A DNA stretch of 33,762 nucleotides from positions 10,189,173 to 10,222,934 of the forward strand of contig NC_057751.1 in the NCBI RefSeq assembly GCF_004010195.1, in the 5' to 3' direction. Below are positions 10,301-22,300 of the stretch, piece by piece. Every line of letters starts with the position of its first letter. Positions within the stretch are counted from its first letter, which is position 1. Position numbers and translations under genes: made by a program. The notes beneath the pieces were generated by a model. That model searched no databases, was not told the origin of the DNA, and worked only from the letters and a program-made list of their open reading frames with translations. This stretch comes from Chiloscyllium plagiosum. Its lineage: Eukaryota.

Positions 10301-13300
10301 TCTCTGCAGTCCTTACAGTTTCCACCTTACTGTCTACTAGTCTTCTGGTTCCCAGCTCCCTGCCACATTAGTTTAAACCCTCCCCAACAGCAGTAGCAAA
10401 AACTCCTCTAAAGACATTAGTTCCAGTCTGGTTCAGATGCAGAATATCCAATTGTAATAGTCCCACTTTCCCCAGAACCGGACCCAATGTCCCACAAATC
10501 TGAACCCCCTCCCTTCTGCACCATCTGTCAAGACATGTTTCACCCTGCCTATTCTTTTATTTCTACCCTAGTTAGCATGTGGCACTGGTAGCAATCCTGC
10601 GATCACTACCTTTTAAGGTCCTCTTTAACTTCTCTCCTCGTTCCCTGAATTCTGCTTTCAGGACCTCATCTCTTTTTTTACTTATATTATTGGTGTTTAT
10701 ATGTGCCATGACAATGGGCTGTTCACCCTTCCCTTTCAGAATGCTTTGCATCCGATCAATGACATCCCTGACCCAAGCACCTGGGAGGCAACCTACCATC
10801 TGGGAATCTCATTTTCGACCACAGAACCACCCATACAATAGAATTCCATATAACTATGACCCTATGAGTCTTTTTCCCGCCCTTCTAAACAGTAGAGCCT
10901 GCCAAGGTGTCATGATCCTGGCAACTGCTGCCCTCCCCTGGTGAGCCATCTCCCCCAACAGTATCCAAAATGTTTTGGAGGGAGATGACTGCAGGGGACA
11001 CTTGCACTGCCTTCCTACTCTTTCTCTACCTTTTGGTCACCCATTCACTGTTTCCCTCAGCAATTCTAGTCTGCGGTCTGACCAATTCATAAACGTGCTA
11101 TCCACGACCTCCTCAGCATCACGGGTGCTCCAGTGAGTCCATCCGCAGCTTCAGAGCAGTCATTTGGTCACACGAGCTGCAGCTAGATACACCCGAAAGT
11201 GTAAGAGTCTGGGATGTCAATCAAGCAAGAGACACATGCTATGGGTCTTCATGTGACTGACAACAATGTGCCACATGGGTACTTTTCATCATGCACTTCA
11301 CCTGATTGTGGTTTTTAAAGCAGACATCACATTGACACGATCAGCTTCTAATGTGGCTCACATCATCTTAGTTTGCTGATTTGTAGCATTGAGTGACTAT
11401 GGAAACAGTTTTTGTTAAGTTACTGAACTGACTACCAGCAGTTAAGGCCAGTTCAGTGATGTATGCTTTGGCATTTCCAGGGTAAATCTTCAAAGACTGG
11501 AGTGTCATGGGATGCTTACTTTCAACTAGAGGGTGTTGTCCTTCTGCTTTCTGTCTCGGAGCTTACAGAAAGGCAGGATGCTTTATTCTGTTGACCACAG
11601 TTGTTGCAACCTTTGATTGTCCTGAGACACCCTTCTCTCTTTCTCTGCAAAACTAAACCAAGACATGAAGTCTGTCTTTCTTGAGTCCAGCTGTTGTTGC
11701 TTTTGTTTCGCGTGTAAATGTTTTGCACTTTGATCTTGGTGTGCCTCACCCTGAAGTGCTCTGGCCCACACAGTGACCAGGCCATGCAGACATATTGGGT
11801 AGAAATGATTGCAATCACATGACACTCATGATGATCCCCATTTTACCTTCAATTAGACACTGTTCCAAAGCGTAATCCCCTTATAAAACCTTGCATTAAT
11901 GACTGCAGATTCATACAGAATTCTGGACACAGTTTCCATTTGCTTGAGGAAGTGAGAAGCGTAGAACAGGTAAATGAAGAGGGGGTCGACAAAATCTTAA
12001 GATCCTAATTTGTTGCTTCATTTAATCTATGAAAATGGCTTTATGGCAGCATCTTTATTGCTTGATGAGCAAAGTACCTTTGTGACGTCACAAATTCACT
12101 GGCATGATCTTCATGAGAGGACAGGAAGATATTCGAAGAAAATTTAGTTGTTTGGTTTGTACCAGAGTATCACATCAATATCTCGAATGCTGACACATTT
12201 GTAACTTGAAATTCGTAGTTAAATGTTGTAAATTTCTGTAGGGACCTGGAAAGACTAGTATTTTTGCAGCAGTTCGTTGGGTGCTCAGGTTCCTACAAAA
12301 GAACTACGGCTGCATCCGGATGGATTTTGGACAGCCAGTTTCTCTGAAGGTATGAAGTGGGTTTTTCTGTGTTGGAGCACTATGGTGTTGCATATTTAGC
12401 GTTAGTGCGCATTCATAAAAGCGGGCAGTGAACATGAATTCCCTTGAATAATTCAGTGACGTGCATCAGTTGAGAAATATTTTAGACTTGAATTCTGGTC
12501 AAAATAGATTATAATTTCAACAACCTGTTCAGTCATCAGTCTGTTGGGTTAGTTGATACATGAGTGGATGTGTACTTGCAAAAGTATTTGCAGCTCTTTG
12601 GCTACTTTTAGTACAATGCCCAGATTGACTGAAGTCAGTTTTAACCTGACATTCAACAAGAACCTGCATTTATATAGTGCCTTTAAATGATAAAATGTTG
12701 CTCAAGATTTGTGAAGTGCTTTGAAGTAAAATTTGACAGTGAGACACGTAAGGAGATGCAATGTAAGGTGACCAAAAACATGATCAAAGCTGGAGGTTTG
12801 AAGCGATGTCTTAGGTGGGACAGAAGAAATGTGAAACACTTGACCTTTCTAATGTGGGTTGACAGCTTAGTTTGCATTTCTTTGAGGAGTCTCGTTCATG
12901 TGGGTTTTTCTCTGCTCTAGGATTACATAGAGAATGAAGGAATGCATTTGTGCAGCTCTGCAATTCCGCTCCAGAAGATCTTATTGCCCTGTGTGCTCGG
13001 ATGCAGGTGAGGAAGAGAGACATTGAGTGTTTTGAGCACTAAGTAACTCAGTTCACCGTTGAAGGTTCATTTCCTTTTGTGTCCTTTTTTCAATACCTCA
13101 CAGTATGTGTTGGGCCTTCCAACTAAGATAACTGTGCCACCATAGAGAATAAATCAAATCCGAACACTTTTTGAAAAAAGTGATCTTAAAACATGTTGTG
13201 TGCATCTTAATGGCTAGGTTAATCCTCAGTGATACAATATTAGACTGACTAGAAGGTGCCAAGTTCACTGCTTATTTTAGAGTCAAGGAATTCTACAGTA

Positions 13301-16300
13301 CAGAAACACACCTTTCAGTCCAATTTGTCCATGCTGACCAGGTATCCTCAATGAATCTTGTCCCATTTGCCAGCATTTGGCTGACATCCCACGAAATCCT
13401 TCCTGTTCATGTACCCATCGAGATGCCTTTTAAACATTGTAATTGTACCAGTTTCTACCACTTCCTGTGGTAGCTTTTTCCACACATGCACCACGCTCTG
13501 CTTGGCAAAGTTGTCCTTAGATCCTTTTTATATCTTACCCTTCTCATCTTAAACCAACGCCTTTTCGGTTTGGATTCCGGTACCCTGGGGAAAAGACCTT
13601 GACAGTTTACCTTATCCAACTCACATCTCAGCCAACCTTGGTAATAGTTAATTTGCAGGGAAATAGTAAGCATTATATTCAGAAAAAGAAACAGCTGGGA
13701 GGAGGTTATTTGGAAAGGCTCAAGATAGAAGTTGTTTTTAGTGGAGAAGTGCTGGCAGTGTATGAGATTTTCCATTTGAAGTTTTTTAGAGAGTGAAAAT
13801 CTTATTTCTGTTACTCTAAAGATAAGGGACATTCAAGTGTATGTGCAGGATTGTCATTCCAAGAGGGAGATAGCGATTGGATAAGAGTGGTTGTCAGTGG
13901 TTAAAACTTGAGATTCTTGTGCACTATTTCAAAGGGAAAAAGACGCATTCATTCAGAGAAGAGACACAGAAAAAAGGTTTAAAATTAATTTTCAGTACAA
14001 ATACAATTAGCTGAAAAATGAAAAAAAATGAATTTATGTCGTGCCTTTCATGACCTCAGGATATTTGAAAATGATTTACAAACTGTGAAGAATTTGAATT
14101 ATCGTCAGTGTTGGGCATGGGGGTAAACTGTCGTCAATTTTTGCATGGCTGGCTCTGCAAACAGCAATGTGATGATGAATAGATTACCTCTTTGTTCAGT
14201 AATGTTAATTGAGGGATCAACATTGGCAAGTGCTCTGGGGATGACTCCCTTCAAGGTTGTGTCATGGAATCTTTTATAACAACCTGACAGCAAGGATGGG
14301 ATTGTGGTTTATCATCCAATTCAAAACTCAGGAACTGCGGCAGCACAGCCCTCCCTCTGTAGTCCAATGAAGTGTAAGCATTGGCCATATCCCTCTAAAC
14401 CTTTCCTGTTCACATATCTAACGGCCATCTGGTTTGAAGCCCTAAATGGAAGCTATGAGCCCTGGATAACACTTTGCTTCACAATCTATGATTGAAACCC
14501 ATACTTTAATGGAAGCACATAAAAAGTGCAACAGATAATTGAGTAACATTCATCCTGACAAAATGGGGGCATTTTCAGCTAAAATTCATCCCTTAATATG
14601 CCTGAACTCTCCAGCATTGTAACCCTCAATCTCATAAGGACAGCTGCAACCTGTTGATTCTGAGCATACTCTGCTGGAACATTTCCACACTCTGGAATCA
14701 TGCATGGTAATATTGTTTGGAGTGTGGGAACTAAGACCAGCATATAGATTAGATTTCAAAAGCTATTAGCGTTGTCCTCCGGTGGTTTCTTATTTGTAAA
14801 TACTATGATTTTAACCTCCAAGGTATTACCTTTCAGTTGTCCTGATGCATACATATAGATTCTGTGTTCATTGTTTTCTGGAAAGATGGAAATTCAAACT
14901 TAAACATAGCTGTTCAGACAACTTGATAAGATAGAAACCAAAAGAACTGCTGATGCTGTAAATCAGAAATGCTGGTAAAGCTCAGCAGGCGTTGTTTGTC
15001 ATTAACAAATCGTCAATATTTTAATATAAGGCATTATGTTTCAGCACTGATGCTGTGTACTATGAGAAGTCTCAGGACTGGCTATTGAACAATGATGAAT
15101 TGATACAACTCAGCAAACACCATCGAGCGCTAGTAGCTGATCTGGGACGACACATGCTTTACAGTAAGTTGACTGGCACTGATGAACACCTACGCCTACT
15201 GTTCAGGGATCTGTTTGTCTACGTGCATCTTCAGCAATTCATCTGTTCTACTTCAGCTATTTCATGCAATCTTAAATTCTACTTGCAATTTGTGCCAGGT
15301 GAATTTGGTCAAGTTTAGCATTGACCCTAAAGGGCAATGTAATTTAGTCGTGGGAAGTAGCAAAATTATATAACCACAACTTGAGGAGACTGCAGGAGCT
15401 TGCAACTTGATGTTCCAGACTGTGGCATCCAACCTCTTAGTCATCACATCTAGTTAACCTCTCATGTATTATTGTTAAAGAGTCAGTTGGAGTCACATGT
15501 AAAAGGAAGGTTAACATGACTGGTATCATTGTTTAAAACTTGAACCACTCGAGCCAATTTGAACTGTCAGGATATTGGCATCAATTCTAGTACCGGTGTG
15601 AAATGTATCCAGAACATGACCCTATTTTGGAAGACCTGTTGATCTCAGTTTAGAAAGTTAGAAGTTTTTCTATTCATTCTGATCTGTAATTAAAAGTTTT
15701 TGGTCTTGTTCAGAATTATGAAACTGTAGTGAAATGGGTACTGATGTCCTAACTCAAGCTTCATTTACAATGAGTTTTGGATTATTTTTATTTGAATGCT
15801 CTTTCTCTTTTTCATTCCATTTTTTTGCATCTCTTGAAACCTCGAGTAGCCTATAATTCCAAAACAAAAAGTGATACATTTGAAGTTGTGGACTTACATA
15901 TTGATCATTTTATGGAACGTCATCAGTTGGAATTCTTAAAACACGTAAATAACAAAGTCGTTCTCAGGAGTACAGCACAGTTCACTGCAGAGCCGAATAT
16001 TGTGTATGCTTCTGATTCCTTTGCTAACATGATCCAGGTGAGGACAAAATAGACTTCAGTTTTGTCCTTTTGAAACATAAATAGTAAGGGAAGAATCTGT
16101 TCTTCAGGAGAAGATGGTGTAAAGAATCTACCATCCTTACATGGTTTGGCCTGTATGTGACTCCAGGGTTCACTAATATGGTTAACTCTTAACTGTCCTC
16201 AGAAATAGTTGAGCAAACCTTTCAGTTGTATCAAACCATGAAATAGTTCAGAAACAGAATGGAACCTGACCTTGAACTGGGTGTGGGATCAGACCATATG

Positions 16301-19300
16301 ATGTCCCAGTCATCACCATCATAGTATCTGGGTGCATGCTGTTCTGCAGACAGGATAGACCCAGTATAGTTTGTGGAACAGTGGCATAGTTTTGGGAGTG
16401 AGTTGCCTCAGGCATCTTCAACATTGTGTCTGGACGCCATGAAGTCTTATGGTATCAGATCAAAAATGGGCATGAGTTCTCCTGTAGCACCACCATCTCT
16501 TTATTGACAAATGTGTATTTCATTTTGAGCACCACTTGGAGGAAGGGTGCAGACTGTACAAAAAATGGGGAATCACTGACCATCACCCAAAAGTGGCACC
16601 GCACCACTACTGCTGTCTGAGCTTGTCAAGTCCTGATTGATGTGGCTCCTCAAGTAGATTTGTGGCAGGTGATGAGGGAACCAACAAGACGGAAAAGCAT
16701 GCTTGACTTTGTCATTCCCACTCATCTTGTCACTGATGCATGTGTCGATGGCAGTATCAGTATGCGTTACCATCACACAGACCTTGTAGAAACAAAGTGA
16801 CTTGGGCACATTGAGGATATCCACCAGTATATTATATGGTACTATCAGTGTGCTAAATGGCATAAATTTCACATAGGTTGAACAACTTCAGACTTGACAT
16901 CCATAAGGCAGTATGGGCCATCAGCAGCAGCAACGTTGAACTTCAACATTACCTACAAAATCATGGCTCAGCATAGCTCCCACTTTGTCATATGCCATCT
17001 ATCTCTGCCATCTCGACCATCAAGCAAGGGATCAAACTGGTGAATTGAAGGTTAAGTAATTCCACAGTCAATAAATCAAATCTAAAGTCTGCAGTCCTAC
17101 TTGATGCAGTCATGAATGGTGCTGAACAATTTCTCAACTGTTTGGAGGTGGAGGCTCTACAACTATCCCCATCTTAATGGTGAGGGAGCCACACATGAAT
17201 GCACAAGATAAGGCTGAAGCATTTGCAACAATCTTCAGCTAGTTGTGTCAAGGAAATGATCTATTTCAACCTTCTCTGGAGATTCCCAACATCACAAATG
17301 CCATCCATCAGCCAATTCAATTGATGCCATGTGCTACCAAGAAACCGCCTACGCATTATTGAAGCTTGGGCTGATAAGTGCCAAGTCATATTTTTGCTAC
17401 ATAGTGTTGCCAGGTAATAGATATTTCCAAGCCCTTGACATTTGACAGCGATACCATGGCTGAATTCTTCACTGTCAAGATCCTGGCAGTTACCATTGAC
17501 CAGAAACTGAATTTGACGAGCCACATAAATAGTGTGGTACGAAGAGCAGGCCAGCAGTTCAGAATTGTGCAATGAGCAATTAATCCCTGGTTCCTCAAAG
17601 CCAGTCTGCCTTTTACAATGCTCCAGCAACACTCATACAGCTTGACACAAAGCAGCCTGCTTGATTGGCACTGCATCCACAAAAGTTTGCTCCCTCCACC
17701 ACTGAAACATAGTAGCTCCCTTGTGTGCCTTCTGTATTGCACTGCAAAAATTCACCAAGGTTTTTTGGCAACTCTTTCCATAGCCAGACTCTGTACCATC
17801 TCAAAAAACAAGGGCAGCAAATCCATGTGAATACCACCACCTGCAATTTTCAACCCAAACCAGTCACTATTTTGACTTGGAAGTACATTGTCATTCCTTC
17901 ACTGCTGCTGTATCAAATCTTGGAACTCCCTCCCAAAACAGCACTGGGTGTACTGACACCAAATGGACTGTAGCTGTTTAAGAAGACAGCTCACCATGAT
18001 GTTTTCAAGTGCTGTTGGTGTTGGGCACAATCTGCTGGCCCTACCAGAAAAGCCTACATTCCCTGAATGAATGAAAATCAATGAAAATATCTGTGCTTTC
18101 TTGAAGAGAGTAAGGAGAAAGTTTATTGGTACATACGACGGCTGAGTAGCTTGAGCTGGGTGGTGAAATTGGACATCCGGGAGCAGAGAAGATTCAGGGG
18201 ATATAAATAGTTTTCAAACCATGTGATTTTCACATAGCAAATGGAAACTGTTTGAGCTGACAAGTGGTTGGGTAACCAGGTGTTATAGACTTAAAATAAA
18301 GGACCAAAGAAATTGAAAGGAAATGTAAAGATTTCTTGACAGAGTTGGCAATATTTGGATTGTGTAACTTGTAAGCAATTGTGAACAAAATTGCACATGT
18401 GCTTGAAGAGGACTAACCTGGGATATTATTAGGTAAATGATCATGTGCTAGATGAAATTGATCAGCTTTTCTGTATTGAAGATGAACAGAATGGCTTTTT
18501 CACATTAGAAGGTTCTCTGTGTTAACCAGTCATGATACTGCGTGGAGAACACTTGTCACTGAAGACTTAAATTTGTTGTGAGTAATACCTATTCTTTCTT
18601 TCCGATAGCTGCTTCTTGCTCCTCGGCAGTTATGTCCACCACCATCTTGGCCTGCCTTCTATTTCACAAACATCAACAGGTAGGTTGTATCTGTGATAAA
18701 TAACTTCATTTCAGTTATAACAAGCGCATTGATTTGCAAATGGAGAAAGTGAGGACTGCAGATGCTGGAGATCAGAGCTGAAAGATGTGTTGCTGGAAAA
18801 GCACAGCAGGTCAGGCAGCATCCAAGTAGCAGGAGAATCAAAGTTTTGGGCATAAGCCCTTCTTCAACATTGATTTGAAAATGTCTGCTTTTGGGGTATT
18901 TTTAAAAGATCACTGAGAAATGAACAGTTCTGATCATTGCTGAAATAAATAATATTTTAAAGCCATTAATACTTTTAACCAAATCTTTCTCCAGGGCATA
19001 TTTCTGAGCACATTGGCAAAGGATTTCTGCTGGTTAATGAATGAGGTTCTCGCACGGCATTTTGATGTCGGATTTTCAGGGAAGTTGCTGGATATTGTGC
19101 TGCATGCCCTTTTTCTGCTGAGAGAATGTGTGATACTGAGGAGTTGTCCACTGAATAATCTGATTGTGATACCAAAGGCAACCAGGAACGCTGTGGAGGA
19201 GCTCAGTTTTTACAGTAATTCTATTCTACCTGTCTTTCTTGGTGAGGCTGTAGCTGGTAAGTAGCGAACCATCTCTTTATTTCAGGAAAATAGAAAAAGT

Positions 19301-22300
19301 GGATGCAGCATTTGTAAAAGAATGGAAGGAATGTTTTGCTGAGAACCTGCTTTCTACAACAAATGGTTGTACCCCTGTTAACATTGCTCTCTGTCATTTT
19401 GGTACTCAATAAAGTGTTGTGCACTTCCAGTATTTATTTCTGCTTTGATTAGTGCTGAGTATTCTTCCGTCATTTCACTTGGAGTCTGTCTGCAAGTGAA
19501 CTGATAAAAAAAAATGCCCATGGATGTTGTTTTCAAGTTCAGTATCAACTTGGTTTTCTTCAGCTGTGTTTATTATGCTGTGAGATAATGTTTCTGATTG
19601 TGTATTGCATAATTATGAGGAGTGTTTAGCATAGAAAGGAGCAAAACTTGATGCTGTCCATGCTTCGCAACAGCAACCAATTCCTTCCTCTGATGAAAGA
19701 GTAGTTTGATGGCAATCAAAGATGGCTTGTGTGTGCAGGATGGTAGAGAGCCTATGTGGTGTATGACTGCGGACACTTCCCACGTCAAACCTATCATCTC
19801 TTTTCTTTCAGCCTGTGCTTTAAATTCACTTCTAAGGGAAGTGGCTAAATACATGGTGGACTGGGACTCCGATGCAGAGGTTGCAATCAGCCAAGAGGAA
19901 CTTATCTGTAAAACTGTTCAGCTGTGTCAGTTACTCTCCAGTGAGACACTGCTTCTACCAGTAAGAACAGTAACAGTTTGTATTCAGAGATTAAAACAGA
20001 GCATATTGTTTAGAAAAGAAGTGATTTTAAGTTATGGGAATTGAAGAAATTCAACTAAATTGAATTGATTGACTTATTGTCACTTGCATTTTAAAGTGAG
20101 TAACAGAATAAAATCCGATGAAAAGCTTCAAATGTCAGCTCAGTCTAGTGCTATTTTGAAGAGTTTAAGGTAAAAAGATAGAACTGAAAGAGAGTTCATC
20201 TTCATTCCACTGCCTCCACCCTGAGTTCTGAACTAGCTCACCAGTGACCCTTGCAATGCCACCCTGCAACATCTGCGCCAGACCCACCACTGTAGCAATT
20301 GCCACCCTTTAGGTGCCATCTCTTTGCTGCTAGTCTCATTTCACCGTTGCTGAATCCCATGCTGAATCCACAGTCACCCTGCAAATGAAGACACTTGAAA
20401 GTTGCCATTATAAATTTCTGCATGGATATTTGTGTCTGACAAAGCTGAGCAAGCAATGATGTGATCGAAAAAATTGATGACGAGGAATGTTAGGCCTTGG
20501 ACCGATACTTCAGGAAACAAGACCACGCATTTGGTGGTCGTGCTTTTAGAAGTTTTGGCATTAAATTCTCGAATGATGTTTCTGCTTCTCGACATTGCTT
20601 AATTCTGTGTGTCCCACTTGAGCCCCTCTTATTTCGCGGAGCATTTTGGCGCCATTTTTAATAACTATTTGTTTGACTGAGCATTCATTTTGTTTGTTAC
20701 ATAAATTACCTTGGCACATTTTTCAGTTTTAATTCAGCTTGTGACGTGCAGGGGGAGTTCAATCAGTAAATAGTGGTGTTATTCGGCATTATGTTATTTT
20801 CCTATGCCTGAATGATTTCTATTAAAAACATTTATTTTCAGTTGTTTCCTTACTTTCCACCATAACAATCTGTATTTTACTTGAAACTCCTGCAGCCCTG
20901 CCAGTCAGTGTACCAGTTTTCACAGGAAGCAGTGGACAAGCTGATGTATTGTGAGATTCTTCTCATGGAGGAGGTATGATCATTTTTCTAGTTACTGTGC
21001 TGATGAGAAGGTGACTCATGGGAGTTAGTGTTTTGTTTCAGTCATCATTGGAAATTTGGATTCTGTGGTTGTAGACAGCAATGTGAAAAGTTATTCCTGA
21101 CATTATCCGGATCTTTAGCCCAGGACACTTCTATTGAGAAAGTGATAAACAAAACCTTTGGGATTTTGACCTTTATCAACTGAGGTGTAGAGTACAGAAA
21201 CTAGATATTTGCAGTGAGTATGTACAGAACCCTCGATTGGCCTCAAAAAGATTATTGTGCCATTTCTGGGCGGCACATTTCACAAAGTATGTGGCAGGAA
21301 GTGCCACCATGTAGAATGTTTCTTGAGAATGGTTGCAGAGATCAAGTACTCCATGTTTGTGGATTGGAGTATCCTTCAAGGAGAGAAGATTAAGAGAACA
21401 TTTTGTCAAGGTGTTCTTAATCATGAGCCTTCTGCACAGACAGAGAGAATGTTCTTTGTGGTTGAAGGACGGAGAGGCAGTGTATTCTGATTTAAAGAGA
21501 TTGACACATTCCAAAGCATTTTCATACAGCATAATCTGAAATGCATTATTTGAGAGTTCAGCGGAGGCAGATTTATTCAAAGAAGAAATCGGATAATTAT
21601 CTGAAAAGAGGAGTAATTACAGTGTTGAGCAAATATGACTAGTTGAAATGTTCTTGCAGAGTGCCAGCACAAACATTATGGACCAAACAGCCTCTTTCTG
21701 GGCTGCAACAGTCAAATGATTCCACATATTCTCTTCAGATTTTAAAAAACAGGTTGTTACATTTCAAAATAAAAACAGAAATTGTGGAGAAACCCAGCTT
21801 CTCAGAAGAAGTGTCATGGAATCTGAAAGTCAGCTTTCCCTCCACACATGCTGCCAGACCTTCTGAGTTTCTCCAGCAATGTCTGTTTTTATTTCAGATT
21901 TCCAGCATCTGCAGCTCTTTGTTTGTTTTGTATGTGAACTGCTTTTGAATGTTCGAGAGAAATAATGGTCTGTCTTGTTCCATTTTGGAATTTATGAGGA
22001 GACTTGTGGACTGTAGACGTTGAGAGACTGAATTTAAATCCAGGTCTGAAAAGGTTTCTCATTCACACAAAGGTGTCAGAGGCAAGTTTTTAGTTTTTCT
22101 TCCTGTGCATAGGATCAGGCGATGGAAACAAGAGTCTACAGCCTATTGAGGACAAACTAATGAAGGTCTTTTGTCCCACGAGTGAAGTAACCAGTAATCC
22201 AAATTTAAAAACCATAAGTGTGATAGTTGCCAATGAAATCAATCAGGAACCCATTGGTTAGATTGTGAAACTTGACCACAAGGAATAGTTAGGACAAATA

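Larger units (their letters stand above)
7098..11250 (-). mobile_element. Near-full-length degraded CR1-type LINE (ORF1 esterase-like remnant; ORF2 endonuclease + RT)
   Basis: ORF1: CLPGAWVRDV...IVMAHINTNNI (10572-10799); endonuclease C-terminal GNSDH (9235-9459); RT SGVPQGSVLGPLLF..YINDL..ADDTK (7850-8104); C-terminal LEYCVQFWSP and FTQRVVGVWN; many frameshifts. Confidence 0.92.

Noticed and set aside
11422..11830. 9-bp inverted repeat (actgaactg/cagttcagt) and overlapping minus-strand ORFs 11522-11825
   Set aside because: The short stem is expected by chance; the ORFs have no recognisable homology or convincing splice sites.
12062..12193. TGATGA...CTGA as a C/D box snoRNA
   Set aside because: No terminal stem and no recognisable rRNA/snRNA antisense element.
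19690..21030. Isolated CTGATGA words (about 19690 and 21000) as hammerheads
   Set aside because: Neither is followed by a stem II closed by GAAA.
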